In this document: positions 17,833 to 28,254 of the stretch, piece by piece
How positions within the stretch are numbered: the first letter of the stretch is position 1
Layout of the letters: the number at the start of each line of letters is the position of its first letter
Origin: an uncultured Nitrospiraceae bacterium
GTDB lineage: Bacteria > Nitrospirota > Nitrospiria > Nitrospirales > Nitrospiraceae
Assembly: GCA_963706325.1 (NCBI GenBank)
Contig: CAVPLT010000004.1
Span: 352,001-416,000, forward strand
Length of the DNA: 64,000 nt
Direction of reading: 5' to 3'
The notes under the pieces: model-generated
Told to the model about the DNA's origin: nothing
The model's database searches: none
The model's input: the letters and a program-made list of their open reading frames with translations, nothing else
Position numbers and translations under genes: made by a program

Positions 17833-19485
17833 TTAAGGGCGATCGGTGGAGAGTCGTTTGGCCAGCCGTCGTGCCAAGCGCATCATGGCTGGTGAGCGGT
17901 CGGCCGGATCGAGCAGGACATTGATGACATAGGGTTGGCTGGAGTCGGCTAAGGCTTTGGCCAGAGTCTGCACAAATTCTCCGTGCGTGGCCACTCGCGA
18001 TCCCTGTCCGCCGCCGATAAGCTCGCAGATTCGTTCATAATGCCACTCGTGGATGTCATTGAATGGCCCTTCCAAAATCTCGCGTTCCGTCGAATACCCG
18101 CGATTGTTCAGGACGATCACCACCGGCGCCTGCTTGTAGCGAACCGCAGTCGACAACTCCGATCCGGTCATTTGGAAGGCGCCATCTCCTACCAGCACGA
18201 TTGGACGCAGGGACGGATCCGCGAAGCTGGCTCCGATGGCGGCGGGGACGGCAAACCCCATCGACGTGTAGTATGCGGGGGACAAAAACTCAAAACGGCG
18301 GTGAACGTGGAGATCGACCGACGCAAACAAGGATTCTCCCACGTCGGCGATGACAAGGGTATGCTCATCCAACACCGTGTCCAGGTGACGGAAAACCCCC
18401 TGAAGCGTCACGGAAGCATGCGCCGGCGGGAGTGGTTCCTCGAAGGTTTGCGCCGACGGCAACTGCGGGGTTGAAAATGAAGGGAGGTGAGCCCCCGCCA
18501 GCCCCTTCACGAAATCTTCAAAGCGGATGGAGTCGTACCGGTGATGTTTAATGGCGACGCGATCGGCCGTGGCATGGATCGTATGACCATCGGAGAACAG
18601 CGCGCTGCGGGCATCCAAATCTTCCACATCAGAGAGAATCGAGCCGAGAATGAGCAGGCAATCGGTTTGGTGCACGAATTCTTTCACTTCGTCGCGGGCC
18701 ACCAATCCGCTATAGACCCCCACGTAGAGCGGATGGTCTTCACGAATGATCGACTTTCCCAGGAGTGTCGAGGCGATCGGAACATTGAGGCGTTCTACGA
18801 GCTGGGTCAACTCGTCGTGGAGCCCGAACCGCCCCACTTCAGCTCCGGCCAAGATCACCGGCCGCTTCGCCGATTCCAGCATGCCGCGCACTTCGGCTAA
18901 GGCTTCGGTCAGGGCGGCATGGTCGGTCGGTTCATCCTGTACACCGATCGAGGGAGAGGTTGCGGCCAGGGGCACATGCACCATGTCGCGTGGAATCTCA
19001 AGATAGATTGGGCGCCGGTAACGCAGCAGGGCCGCGAAGGCGCGATCCATTTCCCGTTGGGCCGTGACCGGGTCTTCCAAGCTGACCGCCGCTACGGTCA
19101 TTTTTTCGAAGACTTCCCGTTGCGTCGAAAACTCCCTCACCATGTGGTGGAGGTAGGGATTGCGCGCGCGCTCCGACAGCCCCGGCGAACCGGTCAGTAA
19201 CACCACGGGCGATCGCTCAGCATAGGCGCAGGCGATGGCATTCACCGTATTAAGTCCTCCGACACAGTAAGTGACACAGAGGGCGCCGATGCCGTTGATC
19301 CGCGCATAGGCATCGGCGGCAAAACCTGCGCAATCTTCCCGGGTGGTGCCGACGTGTTGAATCGGGGAGGATTCCATCAGTTTGTAGAGACCGAGCACGT
19401 AGTCGCCGGGGATACCGAACATGTGTCGTACGCCGAGCTGGTGCAGTCGATCCAATACCGCGGTTCCGATGGTCTGTCTGGTCAT
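17833..19485 (-). CDS. TPP-dependent alpha-keto acid decarboxylase (pyruvate/indolepyruvate decarboxylase family)
   Basis: FGIPGDY, E..AGFAADAYAR, LHH, GDGAFQMTG.E...NN.GY..E. Confidence 0.92.
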   Translation of the reverse strand: MTRQTIGTAVLDRLHQLGVRHMFGIPGDYVLGLYKLMESSPIQHVGTTREDCAGFAADAYARINGIGALCVTYCVGGLNTVNAIACAYAERSPVVLLTGSPGLSERARNPYLHHMVREFSTQREVFEKMTVAAVSLEDPVTAQREMDRAFAALLRYRRPIYLEIPRDMVHVPLAATSPSIGVQDEPTDHAALTEALAEVRGMLESAKRPVILAGAEVGRFGLHDELTQLVERLNVPIASTLLGKSIIREDHPLYVGVYSGLVARDEVKEFVHQTDCLLILGSILSDVEDLDARSALFSDGHTIHATADRVAIKHHRYDSIRFEDFVKGLAGAHLPSFSTPQLPSAQTFEEPLPPAHASVTLQGVFRHLDTVLDEHTLVIADVGESLFASVDLHVHRRFEFLSPAYYTSMGFAVPAAIGASFADPSLRPIVLVGDGAFQMTGSELSTAVRYKQAPVVIVLNNRGYSTEREILEGPFNDIHEWHYERICELIGGGQGSRVATHGEFVQTLAKALADSSQPYVINVLLDPADRSPAMMRLARRLAKRLSTDRP

Positions 19486-19708
19486 TGCGCCTCGATGTCG
19501 AAAGGTCGTCGAGCGGGCGTGTCATCCGCCTTCAGTCTGCAGCAAACCATAGGTAGGGGGGAAGGTCAAGCAGGCGAACGATCGTCGCGCTCACGTGGCC
19601 GCGGGTTGCTTCGCAGAATGATTTCAGGCACCCTCGTGGGCCATTCCCGCGGCGTTTGATGTGATCAAACCGAACAGTGCTCTAGTGCTCTATGGACTGA
19701 CGACTACT

Positions 19709-20905
19709 ATGACACAGACCGCCACCGTTCCCATCGCCAGGATACGCCTCATGCCCGAGCGCGAGAAGCCGCGATATCATGGCCACCTCTGGATTTTTGA
19801 CGGCCATATTGCTGAGGTGCTCGGCACTCCCGGTCCCGGAGACCTTGTGGACGTGTATACCCATCAAAAACGATTTTTCGGGCGCGGCTTCTACAATCCC
19901 CACTCCAAAATCCGCGTTCGCCTGCTCACCTTTCAAGAGGAGCCGATCGACGACGCCTTTTTTGCGGCGCGTCTCCGGGCTGCGGCGGCCCTGCGGAGAA
20001 CCGTGGCCTGTCATACCAATGCCTGCCGGCTCGTCCATGGAGAAAGCGATCTCCTGCCAGGGTTGGTCGTCGACCGGTTCGCTGATGTGGCGGTGATGCA
20101 GGCTCTAAGCTACGGCATGGATGCGCGAAAAGAGTTGTTGGGGGAGTTCCTCATACAGGAATGCGGGGTGCGGAGCGTGTACCTGCGGAATGATGCCAAG
20201 AGCCGAACATTGGAAGGCTTGCCGCTGTCAAAAGGATTTCTCCGCGGAGACAGCGCGACGACCGTGAACATTCATGAGGGAACCGCCCGATTCATGGTGG
20301 ATATCGCCGAGGGGCAGAAAACCGGATGGTTCTGCGATCAGCGAGAGAATCGATTGGCGGCGGTTCCTTTCGCCAAAGGGAAAACAGTCTTGGAAGCCTT
20401 TTGCCATACCGGCGCGTTCGGTATACAGGCTGCTCTGGGCGGTGCTCAGTCGGTCGATGGGTTGGATGTGAGTGCGGCGGCCGTGGCATTGGCTCAAGCC
20501 CATGCCGTCCACAATGAAGTCGCGCCACGTTGTCGTTATCGTCAGGGCGACGCCTTTGAGGAGTTGCGGGTGCTCGAACGGAGCAAGCAACGGTATGACC
20601 TCGTCATTCTCGATCCGCCGGCGTTCGCGCGAAGCAAAAAAGCCGTGCCACATGCCTTGGCTGGATACAAAGACGTGAACCTTCGTGGGCTCCGTCTGTT
20701 GCATCCCGGCGGGGTATTGGTGACGTGTTCCTGTTCGCAGCCGATCAGCGATCACGATTTTTGGATGATGCTGCAAGCGGCGGCTCGTGACGCGCGCCGG
20801 CAAATTCGCCTGCTTGAACAGCGCGGTCAGGGACCGGACCACCCGGTGCTTGCTGGTATGCCGGAAACCCGTTATCTCAAATGTTTTATCGTTCAAGTGT
20901 TCTGA
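19709..20905 (+). CDS. rlmI: RlmI/RlmK-like 23S rRNA SAM-dependent methyltransferase
   Basis: PUA-like N-terminus, ESDLLPGLVVD, GQKTGWFCDQR.NR, VILDPPAF, TCSCS, ETRYLK. Confidence 0.88.
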   Translation: MTQTATVPIARIRLMPEREKPRYHGHLWIFDGHIAEVLGTPGPGDLVDVYTHQKRFFGRGFYNPHSKIRVRLLTFQEEPIDDAFFAARLRAAAALRRTVACHTNACRLVHGESDLLPGLVVDRFADVAVMQALSYGMDARKELLGEFLIQECGVRSVYLRNDAKSRTLEGLPLSKGFLRGDSATTVNIHEGTARFMVDIAEGQKTGWFCDQRENRLAAVPFAKGKTVLEAFCHTGAFGIQAALGGAQSVDGLDVSAAAVALAQAHAVHNEVAPRCRYRQGDAFEELRVLERSKQRYDLVILDPPAFARSKKAVPHALAGYKDVNLRGLRLLHPGGVLVTCSCSQPISDHDFWMMLQAAARDARRQIRLLEQRGQGPDHPVLAGMPETRYLKCFIVQVF

Positions 20906-20909
20906 GGAC

Positions 20910-22907
20910 ATGATGCGCGATCACGAGGCTCCTCCGGAGAACGTCGACGGGCCTCTCATCCCTGCCTCCGTGACGCTTCCTGAAATCACCCCCAAGGCGG
21001 TTGTGCTGTCTATCGTCCTCGCCGCCGTTCTGGCCGGCGCCAATGCCTATTTGGGCCTATTTGCCGGCATGACGGTCTCTGCGTCGATTCCAGCTGCCGT
21101 CGTGTCCATGGCCGTGCTGCGCCTGTTCCGTCACTCGAACATCTTGGAGAACAATATTGTCCAAACTGCCGCCTCGTCAGGCGAAGCGTTAGCGGCCGGT
21201 GTGATTTTCACTATCCCCGGATTACTCCTCATCGGGCATTGGACGTCGTTCGACTATTGGCAAACCTTCACCGTGGCGCTCGTCGGCGGGATACTCGGCG
21301 TGTTGTTTACCATTCCGCTTCGGCGAGCCCTGATTGTCCATGCCCGGCTGCGTTTTCCCGAAGGAGTGGCCACGGCGGAGGTCTTGAAGGCCGGAGCTTC
21401 GACGGATGCCGGCGCCGGAGCCAGGTTTCGAGTGTTATTGGGGGCTGCGGCCATGGGCGGCTGCTTTAAGTTTGCCGAGGGAGGGCTGAAACTTTGGAGC
21501 GAATCGTTGGAAGGGGCCGTGCAGTTAGGCCGCGCGACGTTCTACGGAGGACTCAACCTGTCACCAGCCCTGCTGGGCGTGGGATATATCATCGGTCTCA
21601 ATACAGCCGTGGTCGTCTTTCTCGGCGGCGCGATTGGGTGGTTGGTCTTGCTGCCGCTGTATCAATTCCTCGGCGACCAGCCTGACGTGCTGACCGGCGT
21701 GGCGGCGGCTAAGATGACCTGGAGTGGGCAGATTCGATACATCGGTATCGGCGCGATGTTGGCGGGAGGGGTGTGGACGCTGTTTCAGGTTCGGGGGCCG
21801 ATTCTGCAGAGCCTGCGCCAACTTATTGCGCTTTACGGTAGGCGCCAACAGCGTGGGCCGCAATCTGTTCTGCCGCGCACCGAGCGTGACGCGGGTGTCG
21901 CCTGGTTGATCGGTCTGACCGTGGTGTCTCTGGTCCCTATGGTGACGCTGTATCAGAGTTTGTTGGGCCCCAATATCTGGGGTGGAATCGGGCTGACCCT
22001 CTTAATGGTCGTCACGGCCTTCCTCTTTTCTTCCGTGTCCGGATACATGGCCGGGCTTGTCGGGAGTTCGAGCAATCCGGTATCGGGCGTTACTATTGCG
22101 ACGATCATGCTCGCCGCGCTGCTCTTGTTGGGAATCTTAGGACGGGACAATCCTGCCGGTCCGGCGGCCGCCTTGCTGGTGGGTGCAGTCGTCTGTTGCG
22201 CTGCCGCAATGGGGGGCGACAATCTCCAGGACTTGAAAACCGGGCATCTGGTCGGCGCGACCCCTTGGAAACAACAGGTCATGCAGGTCATTGGAGTGGC
22301 AACCGGCGCCGTGGTCATCGTGCCGGTGCTTTCGCTGCTGCAGGCCAAGTATGGCCTCGGCGAGGTGACGGAGGCCCATCCCCATCCGCTCACTGCGCCT
22401 CAGGCCACCCTCATGGCGAATCTTGCGAAAGGTGTGTTCGGCGGATCCCTGCCCTGGCATCTAGTCGCAATCGGAATGTTGTTGGGAATCGTCGTGATAG
22501 GCCTCGACATACGCCAAGGACGCCGGGAGTCTACCTTTCGCCTGCCTGTCTTGGCGGTTGCGCTCGGCATGTATTTGCCGCTCAAGCTGTCTGCAACGAT
22601 CATGTTTGGCGGCCTGCTGGCAGAGTATGTGCGGGCCGGCAGGAGATCTGTCGGCTCTCCACCCGACGGTCATGGCCTGCTCTTCGCCGCCGGATTGGTA
22701 ACCGGTGAGGCGCTAGTCGGAATTCTGTTAGCTCTTCCGATTGCGTTTACTTCTTTCTGGCCGGCGTTGTCAGGGGATCCCTTTCAATTGTTTGCTGGTC
22801 CACCATATGGAGGCTGGCCAGGACTTTGTGCGCTGCTGCTTGTTGGCCTGTTGCTTGTGCGCGCTGCGCAAACGACAACGTCTTCCAAGGAGGGGTCGTC
22901 CGGGTAG
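20910..22907 (+). CDS. OPT-family oligopeptide transporter
   Basis: ANAYLGL.AG.TVSASIPAAV, ENNIVQT.AS, FPEG.ATA, GSSSNPVSG, DNLQDLKTG.LVGATPWKQQ, APQA. Confidence 0.95.
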   Translation: MMRDHEAPPENVDGPLIPASVTLPEITPKAVVLSIVLAAVLAGANAYLGLFAGMTVSASIPAAVVSMAVLRLFRHSNILENNIVQTAASSGEALAAGVIFTIPGLLLIGHWTSFDYWQTFTVALVGGILGVLFTIPLRRALIVHARLRFPEGVATAEVLKAGASTDAGAGARFRVLLGAAAMGGCFKFAEGGLKLWSESLEGAVQLGRATFYGGLNLSPALLGVGYIIGLNTAVVVFLGGAIGWLVLLPLYQFLGDQPDVLTGVAAAKMTWSGQIRYIGIGAMLAGGVWTLFQVRGPILQSLRQLIALYGRRQQRGPQSVLPRTERDAGVAWLIGLTVVSLVPMVTLYQSLLGPNIWGGIGLTLLMVVTAFLFSSVSGYMAGLVGSSSNPVSGVTIATIMLAALLLLGILGRDNPAGPAAALLVGAVVCCAAAMGGDNLQDLKTGHLVGATPWKQQVMQVIGVATGAVVIVPVLSLLQAKYGLGEVTEAHPHPLTAPQATLMANLAKGVFGGSLPWHLVAIGMLLGIVVIGLDIRQGRRESTFRLPVLAVALGMYLPLKLSATIMFGGLLAEYVRAGRRSVGSPPDGHGLLFAAGLVTGEALVGILLALPIAFTSFWPALSGDPFQLFAGPPYGGWPGLCALLLVGLLLVRAAQTTTSSKEGSSG

Positions 22908-22964
22908 TGACCAAAGGTGACAAAGGCGATAAATGGTGGTGATGGGAGCGACGTTGAGGCGGCG

Positions 22965-23435
22965 TTAATCACTCGGCGGTTCGAAGTGTCCCGGCGGGCG
23001 TGATTGCCAGGGCACGGTCGCTTGCTTGGACTGCTTGACGAGACTCCGCAAACTCACTTCCGCGGCTCGAAGCAATTTAGGATCGCTGCTATGCAATAAT
23101 GCAGTGAGCAGCACGTAGAGGGTTCGATCGTGTCCTGCTGCCAAAAGAATTTTCTCTAGCACGGGATCGGCTCCCGTTAAAGTGGAGAGAGCCGGCGGCT
23201 CGTCATCATCTCCCTTGCAGAGGAGATCAAACTCCGAGGGGTGGATGAAGAGCCAGGGGAGGGGGATCCTGAGGGCGCCGGCTAATGCTTCCAATATGGA
23301 TGCATTAGGATCCGCTTGTTCTGATTCGAGATTTTGCAATAGAGCGGATGGAATTCCTGCGCGTTCGGCAAGGGCATTCTCGGAACACTTTTGCGAGACT
23401 CGCCATGCGCGAACGAATATTCCGACGTGAGGCAT
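22965..23435 (-). CDS. XRE-family HTH transcriptional regulator
   Basis: N-terminal HTH_3 pattern (R.....S...LA.RAGI....L..LE....DP....L..LA.AL). Confidence 0.8.
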   Translation of the reverse strand: MPHVGIFVRAWRVSQKCSENALAERAGIPSALLQNLESEQADPNASILEALAGALRIPLPWLFIHPSEFDLLCKGDDDEPPALSTLTGADPVLEKILLAAGHDRTLYVLLTALLHSSDPKLLRAAEVSLRSLVKQSKQATVPWQSRPPGHFEPPSD

Positions 23436-23611
23436 TCCCGATATTACAGTATCCGTTTCGGCGTCTGCAATGCCGGTGTTTAGAAACCTTGGCAGTCCGT
23501 GCTTGCAATATCAACAACTTATGCATCATTCTCCTAAGTAGAACAAAGACGTCGAAATCGGGTAGAATGAGGCTCTCTGTTGGATAGACTTGATGTGAGG
23601 AGGATCAGCCG

Positions 23612-23953
23612 ATGTTAGGAACCGACATTCGCGGCATTATGGCCGAAGAGGAAGAAGTTCAGCGGCGGCAGGAAGCCTTGCAGTCACTGATGTCGATGCG
23701 GGAGAGATTGCTAAAGGAGTCGCTGGAGGCGCGAATCAAGCGCGCACGTGGAACCGGGGATTGGACCAACTTGTCGCCGGCCGAATGTGCCAATATTTAC
23801 AAAGAAGAACGCGTCCATTTGCGAGCTCAGCTCGAACGACTGAAGGCCGAGCGAGACCGTACCCGCGGGAAACTGTCGGCTCTCAAGCGGGCCAAAGTGC
23901 GGGCGCAGCGTATCCGCGCGGCGGAAGCTGCTTCCGGTAAGAAGCGTAAGTAA
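23612..23953 (+). CDS. Hypothetical coiled-coil protein
   Basis: RBS GAGGAGG; charged, helical 113-aa ORF. Confidence 0.8.
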   Translation: MLGTDIRGIMAEEEEVQRRQEALQSLMSMRERLLKESLEARIKRARGTGDWTNLSPAECANIYKEERVHLRAQLERLKAERDRTRGKLSALKRAKVRAQRIRAAEAASGKKRK

Positions 23954-23960
23954 GTATGTG

Positions 23961-23997
23961 GCGAGGAGACCGTGCTGATCTAGCACGGTCTCCTCGC
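23961..23997 (+). terminator. Perfect 16-bp stem hairpin (terminator-like or mRNA-stabilising)
   Basis: GCGAGGAGACCGTGCT-GATCT-AGCACGGTCTCCTCGC directly after the stop codon; no U-tract. Confidence 0.55.
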
Positions 23998-24022
23998 AGT
24001 GTCGCTCACCTCTGGGTAACTG

Positions 24023-24841
24023 TTGACCTCCTCACCTCGCACCGTTTCCCGTAACTTTCTCTCGCACATACGTGATGTCGCCAAGACGAAGCGCACGCGT
24101 GACCGCGAGCGGGTGTTCGTGCTCGAAGGGACAAAGCCTATCGTGGAACTGTTGCAGTCGGCGCCGCAACAACTGGTCTGCCTCGTAGTCGCTCCAAATT
24201 TCCTCGATAAACAATCGCCGGAAGTCAGGGAACTAATTGTGAGTAGCGGATGTACCATTCATCGCTGTCCGGAGCATATGCTGGCTCAATTGTCCGATGT
24301 CGAAACTTCCAGTGGCGCACTGGCCATCGTTCATCAGCCGACGTGGAACCAGGCTGCTCTGCTCGCTGAACCAAGAATCTTCGGCCTTTATGGCGATATG
24401 CTTCAAGACCCGACGAATATGGGCACAATTATTCGGACGGCGGCAGGACTCAGCGTCACTGCAATGTGGCTGGCGCCCCATTCAGTCGATGTGTTTAATC
24501 CGAAGGTCGTGCGGGCAACCGCCGGTGCGCTGTTTCAACTGCCCATCTTCCCTCACACCAGTCTTGAAGAGCTGCTGAGGCTGGGCTCCGTGATCATCGC
24601 AGCCGCTGCTGGGACAGGCGACGACAGGGTGCCTATTCGGACGATTCAGTCCATTCCCCCGCGGACCATTCTCGCGATTGGTAGTGAGAGTCGAGGATTG
24701 TCTGAGGCCACTCTCAACGCGGCGAAACTCCGCGTTACTATTCCTCTAAAATCGGGTGTCGAATCCCTGAATGCCGCTGCAGCCGCTGCTATCGCGATCT
24801 TCCATCTGTCCGGTTTACCTGTGGAATCCAGGACTAGTTAG
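24023..24841 (+). CDS. TrmH/SpoU-family RNA methyltransferase
   Basis: FVLEG, QDP.NMG.I.RTA, NPKVVRATAG, GSESRGLS, ESLN.A.AA. Confidence 0.92.
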   Translation: MTSSPRTVSRNFLSHIRDVAKTKRTRDRERVFVLEGTKPIVELLQSAPQQLVCLVVAPNFLDKQSPEVRELIVSSGCTIHRCPEHMLAQLSDVETSSGALAIVHQPTWNQAALLAEPRIFGLYGDMLQDPTNMGTIIRTAAGLSVTAMWLAPHSVDVFNPKVVRATAGALFQLPIFPHTSLEELLRLGSVIIAAAAGTGDDRVPIRTIQSIPPRTILAIGSESRGLSEATLNAAKLRVTIPLKSGVESLNAAAAAAIAIFHLSGLPVESRTS

Positions 24842-25216
24842 CTCGGACGGTTTTATAGCGCCCAACCTTCCTTTACGGCTTTACAGGCTATTCAATTCCA
24901 GCCTAGTTGTCATCAGGGACATTCGTGAGTTCGCCAAGCTCACTGTTGTGTGTCAGGGAAGATCAGAGATGGAGCCATCGTCGCTCTGGGCGAAAACCAC
25001 TTCCCGATAGATGGCTTCCCCTGGTTTGTCAGGCCGCAGCCCGTCGATGTTTTAAAGTCCCCTCTGACCGACTTCAAAGCATATCGTCCGTGATCAATTT
25101 CCGTCTGTGTTGGGATCCTACCGGCGAAACATCGGCGGTGAGCCTCCTTCCTTTTTCTCTGTCCTTTCCTTTACGATGCCGTGGATAGCGTGCAGTGGTG
25201 AGCGGAGGCAAGAGTA

Positions 25217-26578
25217 ATGAAGACCAAGACAACTTTTCATTGCCAAGCATGCGGCCATCAGGCGCCACGATGGCTCGGACGTTGCCCCGACTGCGGAGGT
25301 TGGAACACGCTCAAGGAAGAACGCCTGCCGGCAGCTCCCAAAGGCCGCCAAGCCGCGCTGAAAACGGCGATCGCCGTTGCGACGCCGATCTCGGAGATTG
25401 AAATCGTAGGTGAGCCTCGGCACAGCACGGGGATGGGTGAGTTTGATCGCGTGTTGGGTGGTGGGGTCGTACCGGGTTCCGTGATGTTGATCGGCGGCGA
25501 CCCCGGCATCGGCAAAACTACGCTGCTCTTGCAAGCTTTGCCGCTGCTCGCGAGGCCAGGTGAACAGGTGCTGTATGTCTCGGGTGAGGAATCTCCCCGG
25601 CAGATCAAGATGCGAGGCCAGCGCCTCGGCATCGATGGCAAGCACCTCTTGATTCTAGGCGAAACCTCACTCGAGCAAATCCTCAAATCGATCCAAGAAG
25701 TCCAGCCGGCGGCGGTGGTGGTGGATTCGATCCAGACGGTCTACACAGAACAGTTGACGTCGGCGCCAGGAAGTATTAGCCAGGTGCAGGAAGTGGCGGG
25801 GCAATTGATGTGGTTTGCCAAGCGCAGCAATGTACCGGTGTTCATCATCGGGCACGTCACCAAGGAAGGCGCCATCGCCGGTCCCCGCTTGCTGGAACAC
25901 ATCGTGGATACCGTGTTGTACTTCGAGGGAGATAAGAGCCACAGCTTTCGCATTCTGCGGGCGGTCAAAAATCGTTTTGGATCGACGAATGAGATCGGGG
26001 TGTTTGAGATGAAGGACGGCGGGCTGGAGGAAGTCAGCAACCCATCCGAATTGTTTTTGGCAGAGAGGCCGCTACGCAGCACCGGTTCCGTGGTGGTGTC
26101 CAGCTTGGAGGGAACGCGGCCCATTCTCGTTGAACTTCAGGCGCTGGTGTCCGGGACTAATTACGCAATGCCCAAGCGAATGGCGAACGGCGTGGAACCC
26201 AACCGCCTCTCCCTGCTCCTAGCGGTGATGGAAAAGCGCCTCGGCATGCATCTCTCCGGGCAGGATGTATATGTGAACGTCGTGGGCGGCATCCACATTG
26301 ACGAGCCCGCGATTGACCTGGGCATTGTCGCGGCTATTACATCAAGTTTGCGCGAGAGCCCGATCGATTTTACAACACTTGTGATGGGCGAGGTCGGGTT
26401 GGGCGGCGAGGTCAGGGCAATCAGCCAGGCGGAGTTGCGGATTCGCGAGGCGGCCAAGATGGGATTCAAGCGTTGTCTATTGCCGGAGCGGAACGTCGCG
26501 AAACTCGAACCGATCGAAGGGATTGAATTGATCGGCATTCACGAAGTCGGAGACGCATTGGATGCAGTGCTGGCGTAA
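25217..26578 (+). CDS. radA: DNA repair protein RadA/Sms
   Basis: CxxC-CxxC zinc finger, GGDPGIGKTT, DSIQT, KNRFG, Lon-like C-terminus. Confidence 0.98.
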   Translation: MKTKTTFHCQACGHQAPRWLGRCPDCGGWNTLKEERLPAAPKGRQAALKTAIAVATPISEIEIVGEPRHSTGMGEFDRVLGGGVVPGSVMLIGGDPGIGKTTLLLQALPLLARPGEQVLYVSGEESPRQIKMRGQRLGIDGKHLLILGETSLEQILKSIQEVQPAAVVVDSIQTVYTEQLTSAPGSISQVQEVAGQLMWFAKRSNVPVFIIGHVTKEGAIAGPRLLEHIVDTVLYFEGDKSHSFRILRAVKNRFGSTNEIGVFEMKDGGLEEVSNPSELFLAERPLRSTGSVVVSSLEGTRPILVELQALVSGTNYAMPKRMANGVEPNRLSLLLAVMEKRLGMHLSGQDVYVNVVGGIHIDEPAIDLGIVAAITSSLRESPIDFTTLVMGEVGLGGEVRAISQAELRIREAAKMGFKRCLLPERNVAKLEPIEGIELIGIHEVGDALDAVLA

Positions 26579-27416
26579 GGCCAACCATGTTATCGGTGCC
26601 CTGCTCCTCGTCCTCGTGACGGTCGGGTCGTTGCCTGGTTGCGCGCTCTTCGGGCCATCCGATACCGCGCCGCTCCAGCATGCGACGGCTGAGCAATTGA
26701 CCGCGCTCTTGCAGGAGCAGGCGGAAGAAGTTCGGACGATCAAGGGGTTGTTCAGCGCCAAGATCACCGGCGGCATCCTGCCGATCGGCCAACGAGTTCA
26801 AGGCACCGTGTTTTATCAGCGTCCGAATGCCATCAGGCTACGCGGTTTCACGGCGGTGGGGAGCGAGTTGTTTGAGTTCGTGCAGCTCGAAAATCAATTT
26901 AAACTACGTCTGCCGACCATGGGTCGTGAGGTGGTCGGTCGCCCATCTGAAACGGATCGGCTCGGCCAGCTCACCCGCCCATTTCAGTTGAGCGTTTGGG
27001 CCATGAGCGGGATTACCGGGACGCAGGTGGTCGGGCCGCAGGAGCAGGTACGGTTGACGGAAGACGGCGACCGCTATCGGCTGGATGTGCTGACTGGCTC
27101 GGAACATAACGGAGCAGCCCCGATCGTGACAAGGCGTATTTGGTTCGACCGGCGCAATCTGCTCGTCGTGAAAGAAGAGCGAGTGTCTCCGGCCGGCGAG
27201 ATTGAGGCGACCATGCAGTTTGACGACTATCGCGCGGTTGGGGCTTTGGAGACGGCCGGAGCCTTCTCCATTCAGGAGCCCGCTGCGTCCAAGCGCATTC
27301 TGCGGCCCTTTGCCATTCGTATGACCGACGGGCAAGGTTCGGGCAGCTTACAGGTGACATTTATAGAATTGATTCCCAATCAACCAATCAAACCGAGCGA
27401 GCTGGGGGGCGTATGA
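26562..27416 (+). CDS. Putative lipoprotein (LolA/LolB-like fold)
   Basis: Hydrophobic signal ending LPGC; beta-rich body. Confidence 0.65.
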   Translation: MQCWRKANHVIGALLLVLVTVGSLPGCALFGPSDTAPLQHATAEQLTALLQEQAEEVRTIKGLFSAKITGGILPIGQRVQGTVFYQRPNAIRLRGFTAVGSELFEFVQLENQFKLRLPTMGREVVGRPSETDRLGQLTRPFQLSVWAMSGITGTQVVGPQEQVRLTEDGDRYRLDVLTGSEHNGAAPIVTRRIWFDRRNLLVVKEERVSPAGEIEATMQFDDYRAVGALETAGAFSIQEPAASKRILRPFAIRMTDGQGSGSLQVTFIELIPNQPIKPSELGGV

Positions 27417-28237
27417 AGTTCCCATCAGCCCGGTCTATGCTGGCGATTGAGACGGCGACGGCTTGGCAAAGTGTCGCGCTCATGCAAGACGAGCGGGTGC
27501 TTGCCCTGGCCGAGCAGGATGCCGACGGCTCGCACGCGCGTTCGTTGATGGGCGCCATCGATCGAGTCTTGCGGGAAAGCGGTTTCCATATCCGGGATGT
27601 GCAGCACCTGGCGGTCTCGATCGGGCCTGGATCGTTCACAGGATTGCGCGTGGGGCTTGCCACAATGTTGGGTTTCCGCGCTGTCTTGGGGACTGCTATC
27701 GTGCCGGTGCCGACCCTGGAGGCCATGGCGTGGAATCTGCGCGGGAGACAGGGGCTCTTGGTGCCGGTCCTCAAGAGTCGGCACAATGAAGTCTATTGGG
27801 CCGCTTACGAGTGGCTGCCGGATTCAATCCTTCATACCCGAATTGCCGAGCAGGTGGGACCTCCCGCTACCGTCGCGCAGGCGCTACAAGGCGCCGAGAC
27901 TGCGACGTTGTTTGGAGATGGGTGGCAGGCCTATGGGGCTGACATTCGCCAGGCCATCGAATCGGTTGGCGGCAACATTCAGGAGGTGGCGCCGGAACAG
28001 CAGCGTTCCTCGGCCGTCGGTGTGGCTTTGGCCGCCCGGCGACGCCTTGAAAGTGGATGGGTGCCGGAAGTGAGTATCGTCCCGCTGTATGTGCAGCGCA
28101 CCGAAGCCGAAATAAAGTTCGATGAGCAGCAGGGGGTCTCGGCGTTGGAGCGGCGGCGAGAACGGGTGGCCAAGAAGATGGCGCAGGGTCGGCGGCAAGG
28201 CAGTCGGGAAGGTGGTAAGCCACGTGCAAAGAAGTAA
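27413..28237 (+). CDS. tsaB: tRNA threonylcarbamoyladenosine biosynthesis protein TsaB
   Basis: LAIETAT, H...LM.AID, GPGSFTGLRVG, P.Y. Confidence 0.95.
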   Translation: MKFPSARSMLAIETATAWQSVALMQDERVLALAEQDADGSHARSLMGAIDRVLRESGFHIRDVQHLAVSIGPGSFTGLRVGLATMLGFRAVLGTAIVPVPTLEAMAWNLRGRQGLLVPVLKSRHNEVYWAAYEWLPDSILHTRIAEQVGPPATVAQALQGAETATLFGDGWQAYGADIRQAIESVGGNIQEVAPEQQRSSAVGVALAARRRLESGWVPEVSIVPLYVQRTEAEIKFDEQQGVSALERRRERVAKKMAQGRRQGSREGGKPRAKK

Positions 28238-28254
28238 AAAAACTGCGACCACCT

